Below are positions 10,190 to 20,600 of a stretch of 64,000 bases of DNA, piece by piece. The first letter of the stretch is position 1, and every line of letters begins with the position of its first letter. The position numbers and the translations under genes are program-made. The stretch covers positions 11,852 to 75,851 of the forward strand of contig JAFDDB010000003.1 of NCBI GenBank assembly GCA_019311115.1. The letters are read 5' to 3'. Origin of the DNA: Deltaproteobacteria bacterium. Lineage in GTDB: Bacteria; Myxococcota_A; UBA9160; SZUA-336. The notes below the pieces were generated by a model, which saw only the letters and a list, made by a program, of their open reading frames with translations, was not told the DNA's origin and ran no database searches.

Positions 10190-11167
10190 ATGGCGAAGAT
10201 CCTCGGGAACCTGAAGCCCGAAGACGACTACACCCACCCACTGGGACCGGAGTCGAACTTCAACGAGAGCATGTACTTCAACTTCTTCGACCCGGCGCAG
10301 GGCGTCGGCGGGTTCCTGCGGCTCGGCAACCGTGCCAACGAGGGTCACGCCGAGATGACGGTCACGATCTACCTGCCGGGCGGGCGCGTGCTGTTCATGT
10401 TCAAGCGCGCCCAGATCGAACACAACGACGCCTTCGACGCCGGGGGCTGCACCTTCGAGGTCGTCGAGCCGTCGCAGAAGCTCCGCACCGTGTACGAGGG
10501 CTCGGTCGTCGACCTGGCGAACCCCGAGGACATGGTCGACCCGAAGAAGGCCTTCACCGAGAATCCGCGGCGGCGCGTCAAGCTCGACCTGCTCCACGAC
10601 GCGGTCGGCCCCATGTACGGCGGCGCAAAGGACTCGAGCGAGTCCGACCTGCCGGCCGAGCAGCAGTTCGCCTCGGCGCACTACGAGCAGCACATGGCGG
10701 TCAGCGGCGAGTTGGATCTGGGCGACGGCGAGCGGCTGGAGATCCACGGCTTCGGCCTGCGCGACCACTCCTGGGGTCCCCGCTACTGGCAGGCGCTGCA
10801 GAGCTACGAGTGGCTCACACTCAACTTCGGCCCGGACTTCGGCGCCATGGTCTCGATCGTGCGGCGCGACGCCGACAACCACCGCAAGGGCGGCGTGATC
10901 ATCCGCGGCGACCAGCTGGACCCGATCGAAGAGGCGGAGATCACCGCTGAGTACGCGGAGAACGGGCTCTACCACCGCAAGGTGCGGGCCGACGTCAAGA
11001 CGCGCTCGGGCGAGGAGCTGGTCTTCGAAGGCGACGTGCGCGGCTTCATTCCGCTCCGGAACCGGCGCGAGGGCCTGGTGACGCACATCGGCGAGGGCAT
11101 GACCGAGTGGCGCTGTGGCGACCGGGTCGGCTACGGGCTGTCGGAGTTCCTGAGCCAGGTGCCCTAG
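10190..11167 (+). CDS. conserved hypothetical protein (probable operon partner of the SDR)
   Basis: 325-aa ORF with balanced composition, 13 bp after the SDR stop. I recognise no confident family from MYFNFFDP...GFGLRDHSWGPRYWQ. Confidence 0.65.
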   Translation: MAKILGNLKPEDDYTHPLGPESNFNESMYFNFFDPAQGVGGFLRLGNRANEGHAEMTVTIYLPGGRVLFMFKRAQIEHNDAFDAGGCTFEVVEPSQKLRTVYEGSVVDLANPEDMVDPKKAFTENPRRRVKLDLLHDAVGPMYGGAKDSSESDLPAEQQFASAHYEQHMAVSGELDLGDGERLEIHGFGLRDHSWGPRYWQALQSYEWLTLNFGPDFGAMVSIVRRDADNHRKGGVIIRGDQLDPIEEAEITAEYAENGLYHRKVRADVKTRSGEELVFEGDVRGFIPLRNRREGLVTHIGEGMTEWRCGDRVGYGLSEFLSQVP

Positions 11168-11179
11168 CATAGGGTCGCC

Positions 11180-11956
11180 TTGGCGACCTGGACTGTGCGG
11201 CTGCGCGTGTTGCTGGGCCTCGCCTGCCTGTCGGCCCTGCCCGGCTGCGGCGCGGCCGGGCCGGGGGACGGGCTCGTCGTGGTGGCGGCGGCCTCGCTCG
11301 GCGACGCGTTCACGGCGATCGCGCGCGACTGGGAGCACGAGACCGACGCGCACCGCGTCCGGCTCAGCTTCGTGGGCTCGCAGGTGCTGGCGGCCCAGCT
11401 TCGCGCGGGGCTCCGCGCCGATGTGGTCGCCACCGCCAACCCCGAGATCATGACCGCGCTTCGCGACGACGGGCTGGTGGACGCGCCCGTCCGCTTCGCG
11501 ACCAACCGGCTGGTCTGGGTAGTCCACGCGCACGATCGCGAGGGGCTCGGCCCGACGCTCGACGCGCGCACCCTGGCCGCCGCCGACCGCGTGGTGCTGG
11601 CCGCTCCCGAGGTGCCGGCCGGGCGCTACTCGCGCCAGGCGTTGCGGGAGCTCGGGCTGCTCGAGGCGGCCGAGGCCCGGCTCGTCTCGCAGGAGCTGGA
11701 CGTCAAGGGCGTGGTCGCGAAGCTGCTGCTGGGCGGCGCCGACGCGGGCATGATCTACGCCACCGACGTACCCCCGGGGCGCGGCGACTCGCTTGCCGTG
11801 ATCGGCCTGGACGAGCGGGCGGACGTGCGCGCCGAGTACCTGGTGGCGACGGCGAGTGCCGCGCCGCATCCGGAAGCGGCGCGGCGTTTCGTGGACTTCG
11901 TCCGCGGCGAGCGCGCGGCCGCGACGCTCTCGACGCTCGGGTTCGGACCGCCGTGA
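11180..11956 (+). CDS. modA: molybdate ABC transporter substrate-binding lipoprotein
   Basis: Signal peptide with lipobox LPGC. VVAAASLGDAF...FVGSQVLAAQLRAGLRADVVATAN. TTG start (uncertain). Confidence 0.8.
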   Translation: MATWTVRLRVLLGLACLSALPGCGAAGPGDGLVVVAAASLGDAFTAIARDWEHETDAHRVRLSFVGSQVLAAQLRAGLRADVVATANPEIMTALRDDGLVDAPVRFATNRLVWVVHAHDREGLGPTLDARTLAAADRVVLAAPEVPAGRYSRQALRELGLLEAAEARLVSQELDVKGVVAKLLLGGADAGMIYATDVPPGRGDSLAVIGLDERADVRAEYLVATASAAPHPEAARRFVDFVRGERAAATLSTLGFGPP

Positions 11957-12756
11957 GCCCCGGACTCCGGGCGCGCGCGCGCGAGCACTCGGCCGCCATC
12001 CTGCTGTACGGGACGGCTTCGCTGAGCCTGCTGCTGCTGATGCTTCCCCTGGTCGGCCTGGCCTTCGAGTCCCCTTGGCGCGACACGGGCGAACTGCTCG
12101 CCGATCCGGCCGTGCGCGACGCCCTGCTGCTCTCGCTGGGGGTTTCACTGGCCGCAGTCGCCTTCTCGCTGCTGCTGGGGTTCCCGCTGGCGTGGCTGCT
12201 GGCTCGGTCGAACCTGCCGGGACGCGGCGTCGTGCGCACGCTGATCACGCTTCCCATGGTCATGCCGCCGGTGGTCGCCGGCGTGGGGCTGCTCGCGGCC
12301 TTCGGGCGCCACGGACTGCTCGGCGAAGCCCTCTCGGTGTTCGGCGTGACGCTGCCGTTCACGACGCTGGCCGCGGTGATCGCCGCGACGTTCGTGGCTT
12401 CGCCCTTCCTCATCACCACGCTCGAGGCGGGCATCGTGCAGTCGGACCGCCGCTTCGAGGACGTGGCCGCGACGCTCGGCGCGTCGCGCTGGCGCATCTT
12501 CCACAGCGTCGTGCTGCCGGCCATCCGTCCCTCGTTGCTCGCCGGAATCGCGCTGAGCTGGGCTCGGGCGCTCGGTGAGTTCGGCGCGACGATCACGTTC
12601 GCCGGCAACCTGCAGGGACGCACGCAGACGGTCCCGCTCGCGATCTACCAGACGCTGCAGACGCGCCCCGAGCACGCGTTCCTGCTGGCAATCCTGCTGC
12701 TGGCGGTGTCGCTCTGCGTGCTGGCGCTGCTGCGGGCACAGAGGCCGGGCACGTGA
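11953..12756 (+). CDS. modB: molybdate ABC transporter permease
   Basis: Six TM segments and the WARALGEFGATITFAGN permease signature. The GTG start overlaps the modA TGA. Confidence 0.85.
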   Translation: MSPGLRARAREHSAAILLYGTASLSLLLLMLPLVGLAFESPWRDTGELLADPAVRDALLLSLGVSLAAVAFSLLLGFPLAWLLARSNLPGRGVVRTLITLPMVMPPVVAGVGLLAAFGRHGLLGEALSVFGVTLPFTTLAAVIAATFVASPFLITTLEAGIVQSDRRFEDVAATLGASRWRIFHSVVLPAIRPSLLAGIALSWARALGEFGATITFAGNLQGRTQTVPLAIYQTLQTRPEHAFLLAILLLAVSLCVLALLRAQRPGT

Positions 12757-13814
12757 CGCTGCGCGCGGACCTTCGCCTGCGCCGGGGAGAGTTCCGGCTC
12801 GACGCCTCGCTCGAGGTCGAGGCCGGACAGACCGTCGTCGTGCTCGGACCGAACGGCTCCGGCAAGTCGACGCTGGTCGAGGCGCTCGCCGGGCTGGTGC
12901 GCATCGACGACGGCGAGATCCTGCTCGACCACCGCGTCCTCGAGCGCCCGCGCGACGGGATCCACGTGGCTCCGCGCCACCGCCCGGTGGGCGTCATGTT
13001 CCAGGGGCTCTGGCTGTTCCCGGGCCTGTCCGTGCTGGACAACGTGGCGTACGGACGCTGGGCCCGCGGGGAGCCGCGCCGCGTGGCGCGGAGCGCCGTG
13101 CAGGGCCTGCTCGAGGCGCTCGGCGTAGGCGACCTGGCGGACCGCATGCCCGCGGAGCTTTCGGGCGGCGAGGCCCAGCGCGTGGCGCTGGCACGAGCCC
13201 TCGCGGTCGAGCCCCGGCTGCTGCTGCTCGACGAGCCGCTCTCCGCCATCGACGTCGAGAACCGCGCGCGCACCCGCCACGTCCTTCAGCAGGCGCTGCG
13301 CGAGTTCCCGGGCGTGCGGCTGCTGATCACGCACGACCCGCTCGAGGCGCAGCTCTTCGCCGACCACCTGGTGGTCCTCGAGAGCGGCCGCGTGGCCCAG
13401 GCCGGGCCGGCCGCGCAGGTCCGCAGCCGCCCGCGCACGCCCTTCGTCGCGCGGCTGGCGGGCACGAACCTGCTCCAGGGCCGTCTCGTGCGCGAGGGCG
13501 GCACGGCGCGGCTCGAGTGCGGGGAACTCGCCTTCGAGGTCGGGCGCATCGCCGACGGGACGGGCCGCGAGGCCTTTGCGACCGTGCGGCCGGGCGCGAT
13601 CACGCTCCACCGCGACAAGCCGGACGAGCGGGTCAATACCTGGCCGTCCCGGATCGACTCGATCGAGCTCGAGGGCGAGCACGTGCGCGTCCTGCTGGAA
13701 GAGCCGGCGGGCTTCCGGGCGGAGCTTCCGGCCGAGCGCGTCCACCTGCCCGATTTCTCGCCCGGAGCGCGCGTCTGGGCCAGCGTCCGACCCGACGCCA
13801 TCTCGGTCTACTAG
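12753..13814 (+). CDS. modC: molybdate ABC transporter ATP-binding protein with C-terminal TOBE domain
   Basis: GPNGSGKST Walker A, LSGGEAQRVALARALA, LLLDEPLSAID. The GTG start overlaps the modB TGA. Confidence 0.85.
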   Translation: MTLRADLRLRRGEFRLDASLEVEAGQTVVVLGPNGSGKSTLVEALAGLVRIDDGEILLDHRVLERPRDGIHVAPRHRPVGVMFQGLWLFPGLSVLDNVAYGRWARGEPRRVARSAVQGLLEALGVGDLADRMPAELSGGEAQRVALARALAVEPRLLLLDEPLSAIDVENRARTRHVLQQALREFPGVRLLITHDPLEAQLFADHLVVLESGRVAQAGPAAQVRSRPRTPFVARLAGTNLLQGRLVREGGTARLECGELAFEVGRIADGTGREAFATVRPGAITLHRDKPDERVNTWPSRIDSIELEGEHVRVLLEEPAGFRAELPAERVHLPDFSPGARVWASVRPDAISVY

Positions 13815-13823
13815 ACTGGGGCC

Positions 13824-15983
<2,160 letters not shown>

Positions 15984-16013
15984 GCGCACCGTGGTGAGGC
16001 CCCCGCGCCGGGG

Positions 16014-16050
16014 ATTGACAAGCAGGCGCGGGTCCAATCCAATGACGCGC
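16014..16050 (+). promoter_or_regulatory. candidate sigma70-like promoter (TTGACA-17nt-TCCAAT) upstream of the PuuD-like gene
   Basis: Read directly in a 132-bp intergenic gap. The -10 element is weak (4/6). Confidence 0.2.
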
Positions 16051-16115
16051 CATACTGTCCGCGCGCGCGAAACGCGACTCACGCGTTCGCAAACCTGAGG
16101 GAGGGGGAAAGGCGA

Positions 16116-16814
16116 ATGGAACTCTTGTCGACCGAGGGGGGGTTGTTCCTGCTGCGATGGCTGCACTTCCTGGCGGGAATCACCTGGATCGGAGTGCTCT
16201 ACTACTTCAACTTCATCCAGACGCCCTTCTTCGGGAGTGAGCTGGGGGGGACCGCGCGCAGCGCCATGATGCGCGGGCTGGTGCCGAACGCCCTGTGGTG
16301 GTTCCGCTGGGGGGCGATGTTCACGTTCCTCACCGGCTGGACCATCATCATCACGCACATGGTCGCGGGCACCGGGAGCATGGCGTACTACGCGTTGGTC
16401 CTGACGGGCGGCACGATGGGCACGTTGATGTGGTTCAACGTGTGGTTCGTCATCTGGCCGATCCAGCAGGGGCTGATTGCCAACGCCGAAGCGGCCGCAG
16501 CGGGCGGCCAGGCCGACGAGGCGGCCGCCGCCAAGGCCCCGATCGCGGCGCGCGCGTCGCGCACCAACACGCTCTTCTCACTGCCCATGCTGTTCTTCAT
16601 GGGCGCGGCCCGTCACCTGACGATCGTCGACAAGGCCGAGCCGAGCTACGGCCCCTACCTCGGCGCCATGCTCGTGATCGTGCTGCTGGTCGAGGCGAAC
16701 ATCTGGGCGGGCCCGCCCGCCACCCAGAAGCCGCTGGGGAGTGTCTCGGGCACGATCCACTTCGGGCTCGGCCTGACGGTCGTTCTCTTCCTCGTCGCGA
16801 CGATCATGCTCTAG
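16116..16814 (+). CDS. polytopic membrane protein, PuuD/HemJ-like family (no cytochrome c domain)
   Basis: LLRWLHFLAGITWIGVLYYFNF resembles the RW.H...I.WIG..FYF motif of PuuD-type urate hydroxylase membrane domains. It has 5-6 TM helices and no CXXCH. The RBS GAGGGAGGGGG precedes the ATG. Confidence 0.55.
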   Translation: MELLSTEGGLFLLRWLHFLAGITWIGVLYYFNFIQTPFFGSELGGTARSAMMRGLVPNALWWFRWGAMFTFLTGWTIIITHMVAGTGSMAYYALVLTGGTMGTLMWFNVWFVIWPIQQGLIANAEAAAAGGQADEAAAAKAPIAARASRTNTLFSLPMLFFMGAARHLTIVDKAEPSYGPYLGAMLVIVLLVEANIWAGPPATQKPLGSVSGTIHFGLGLTVVLFLVATIML

Positions 16815-17170
16815 CCGCCTCCTCCGGCGGCGGGCGGCTTGCCGCCCACCGCCGGACCGAGGTACGCCGCCAAGGCGTCGATCTCGGGCGCCAGGTACGG
16901 CAGGGGCTGCATCAGCGTCGTCTCTCGCGCGGGCGTGTATCCGGCCGGGTACCCCGCGCGCAGCACTCGCGCCTCGAGCAGGTCGCGAGAAGCCCCGAGC
17001 ACGCGGGGGCCCATCACGCCCTCGACCGACGGGTTCAGGTTGTGGCAGGCGGTGCAGTTGGCCAGGTAGACGCGCCGTCCGCGCTCTGCGGGGGTCTCGT
17101 CCGATGGAGCGCAGGCTCCCAGGACCAGTGCCGCCGCTGCAGCGACCACGCCCCAGACCCGACTCGACAT
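16811..17170 (-). CDS. monoheme c-type cytochrome lipoprotein
   Basis: Internal Met MSSRVWGVVAAAAALVLGACAP (lipobox) followed by CTACHN. The stop overlaps the stop of the convergent PuuD-like gene. Confidence 0.75.
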   Translation of the reverse strand: MSSRVWGVVAAAAALVLGACAPSDETPAERGRRVYLANCTACHNLNPSVEGVMGPRVLGASRDLLEARVLRAGYPAGYTPARETTLMQPLPYLAPEIDALAAYLGPAVGGKPPAAGGGG

Positions 17171-17277
17171 CTCCACTCTCCGGCTGCGCTGTTGGGAAAA
17201 ACCCGGCGACGGAGTATGTTGCCCGTCCGCCGCGCCCGCAATGCGGCGCTCGAACCTGCGCACGGGAGAGCAAGGCG

Positions 17278-17682
17278 ATGAACGCGCTAGAGGAGGGAAC
17301 CGGGCTGCAGCTCGATTTTTCCAAGCTGCAGAAGGTCGGCGGGACCGGGCAGGCGGTCGTTCCGGTGGTCCTCCAGCACGCCGACGACGGGGACGTGCTC
17401 TACGTGGCCTACGCCAACGAAGAGGCGCTCCGCGAGACGCTCCGCACGCGCAAGGCCGTGCTCTGGTCCACGTCGCGCAACGAACTCTGGCGCAAGGGCG
17501 AGTCCTCGGGCGACGTGCTCGACCTGGTCGACGTGCGCACGAACTGCGAGCAGAACTCGCTGCTCTACCGCGTGCGCCCGCGCGGCGGCGTCTGCCACAC
17601 CGCCGACGCCGAAGGCAAGACGCGCGCCACCTGCTACTACCGGCGCCTGTCGGACGACGGCGACTCCCTCTCCTTCGGCTAG
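17278..17682 (+). CDS. hisI: phosphoribosyl-AMP cyclohydrolase (monofunctional)
   Basis: VVPVVLQHADDGDVLYVAYANEEAL...WSTSRNELWRKGESSGDVLDL...NCEQNSLLYRV...GGVCHT. Internal ATG with GGAGAG RBS. Confidence 0.8.
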   Translation: MNALEEGTGLQLDFSKLQKVGGTGQAVVPVVLQHADDGDVLYVAYANEEALRETLRTRKAVLWSTSRNELWRKGESSGDVLDLVDVRTNCEQNSLLYRVRPRGGVCHTADAEGKTRATCYYRRLSDDGDSLSFG

Positions 17683-17683
17683 G

Positions 17684-20600
17684 CTAGGAGGAGCCGCGCT
17701 CGAGCAGCGCGATCAGCGACGGGCGCAGCGCGCGGGGCTCGACCAGCTCCTGAAGCGAGCCGACGTCGCGTGCCCGCTCGACCGTGTGCACGGAGTCGAA
17801 CTCGGCAGCGACCTCGGCCTGGCGTTCGAGCAGCACCTCGCCGAGCACGCGGTCGAGCTCGGCACGGCGCGCGATGCGCGTGTCCGAGTCGCTGGCCTCG
17901 GCCACGCGGCCGCGGGCCTCGGTGACGCGCGGGTCGGAGTTCGCACGCCGCCGCACCTCGCGGGGAAAGACGACGGCCGCGGCGGCGGCGCCGCCGATCA
18001 CCGATGCGTACGAGCCGGTCAGCGCGGACGCGTGCATCTCGGGATTGAGCTCGCTGGAGAAGACCACGTAGGCGCCGCCGTGGTAGCGCGAGACGACGGT
18101 GAAGAGCAGCGGCCCCTCGAAGCGCACGACGGCGCGTGCGATCTCGGCACCGAGCTCGAGCACGCCGCGCCGCATCGACTCGGGTGAGCCGTCGAAGCCC
18201 GACAGGTTGGCCAGGATGACGACCGGGCGGACGCCGCTCGAAGCGTTGAGCGCCCGGGCCACCTTCTTCGACGAGAGCGGGAAGAGCGTGCCCGCCGTCC
18301 AAGCGTCCGGACCGTCGCTCGGTACGTGCCCGTTGCGCGGCACCGGCCGGCTCTCGACGGCGATCAGTGTGATGGGCCAGCCGCCCAGGTGCGTGTCCCA
18401 GACGATGGCGGTCTCGGCCCCGACCCAGTCACGCCAGCGCTCGAGGAAGCCCGCATCCTGGTCGATCAGCGCGCGCATGATCGGGCGCATGGCAAACGGT
18501 CGCTTGCGGCCGGGGTTGGTCTCGTCGGAGAACACCTCGCCGACGGTGCGGAAGTCCTCTTCGCCCTCGTAGCTCTCGGTGGTCAGGTCGCGGTCGCGCT
18601 CGTCCGAGGTCTCGAATCGGCGCGGTGCGTCCTCGCCCGGCGCCCGGTAGGTCGCGGCGTAGTGCTGCAGCAGGATCCGGTAGGCGTCGCCGATGTTCCT
18701 CGCCTGGAACTGCGCCTGTCCGCTCGGCGCCATGATGCGCTCGTATCCGCCGATTCCCATGTCGTCCTCGGCCGAGACTCCGCCCGAGATCTCGAGCGCC
18801 GCGCGTCCCGTGAGCACCATCGAGGAGCTGTTCGAAAGCATGATCAGCACGCCGCGCGACTGCAGGCCCATCGTCGCCAGCGCGTCGAAGTAGCTCTGCG
18901 CGCCGACGTTGACGCCGGCGACGATCACGTTGATCTCACCACCCTCGTCGGTGAAGGTGACGATGCGGCGCACGACGCGCGCGGTGGCATCGAGGTTCTC
19001 GGTGCCGCTGTCCATCGCGATGCGCGCGCCCGACGACACCGCCACCCATTCGACTGGAAGCTCCTCGCGCTCGGCCAGGTCGATGGCCGAGACGATGCGC
19101 GCGCACTCGGGCTCGGCGAGCGCGCCCATCCCGAAGCTGGGATCGCCCAGGATCAGCACGCGGCGCATGCCCTCGGGGAACTTCGCCGTCGGCGTGGTGA
19201 TGATCCCGAACACGATGGCGCAGGTGTTCCGTCCCGCGGGCCGGTCGACCGCGACCGCGCGTCCGTCCTGCAGGTCATGCTCTTCGAAGGTCCCCGCCGC
19301 CAGCCGGATCGACGGCCGGGGCTCCACCTCGGACGGCTCCGCCGTGAAGATGCGCACGATCTCGTACGGATAGATGAGTCCACGCGCGCGCGCGGCGGCC
19401 GTGCGTCGCTCGTAGACGGTGGCGGGCGCGAGTGGTTCCCGGTGCGGAACGCGCGCAGCGGACTCGACGCGTCCGCCCGAGGGGTTGCCCGTCATGATCT
19501 CGATCAGGCGCGGCTCGGCGTCGAGGCGTTCCGCGGGAACGGTCGCCGCGCGCACGACGACGCGCTCCAGGCCCAGGTGGCCGGTCTCGGGAGCCAGCCG
19601 CCGGATGGTGTCGGACACGAGTTCGCCCGTGAGCACGATCGGCGGCCTCAGGGTCACGTAGAGGCGGTTCCAATGCAGCCGGTGCGTCGGGTCGCGGCTC
19701 CCCTGCAGCGAGCGCAGCGCCTCGATCGCCTCGTGGAAGCGCTCGTCGAAGATCGAGCGGTCGGGGTTGCCGGGGATGTCCGGGCCCAGGTCGTCGATCT
19801 CGGCGAAGCAGAAGAGCCGCTCGTCGCCGCTCTGGTCCCGCGCCCGCCCGTGGAAGGCGAAGACACCCTCGAAGGTCTCGACGCGCTCCAGGTCGAACTG
19901 CTCGAGCCGCCAGAGCTCGATGCGGCGGGCTTCCTCGGGCGTCACGCCCATGCGCGCGGCGATCTCCTCCAGGTCCGTCCCGTCGGGCGGCGGCACGACG
20001 GTGAGAGCCAGGTCGACCTCGGGCCGCTCGGCCGCACGACTGACTTCGGCCCGGCGCGGGCGCTCGAAGAGCACGAACCGCGCATGCGCGGCCAGGTCCG
20101 CGACCCCGGGAGGAACCGTACCCCGCAACAGGGCCAGCCGTTCGAGGGCGTCGGCGAGCTCGGCATAGCGCTCGAACACCTCGCTCTCGGTGCCGAGCCT
20201 CAGGAGCAGCTGGAGCAGCGCCATCACCAGGCGGTGGCGCAGGTCGAGGGTGGTGCGGGTGGCCGACAGGCGCAGGACCGCGCGCTCGAGCGCCGCCGTG
20301 GGCTCGAGCGAGGTGATCTCGTAGAGCGCGAGCACGCGCCGCAGCTGGTCCAGGAACTCGCTGTCGATGCCCGCACCCTCGGCGCCGATCCGGCGCAGGT
20401 ACATCGCCATGCGCACGTCGTTGGAGGGACCGAACTCCTCTTCGCCGTCGATGCGGCTCGGCGTGCGGCTGAAGAGAGCCTCGATGTCCGCAACGATCTC
20501 GACCGCGGTCGCGATCTGCGCCAGCTCGGAGACCAGCTCGGGCGCGACGTCCGCCACCCGGGCCTCGAAGAGCGCGACGAGCCGGTCCGCACGCTCGGGG

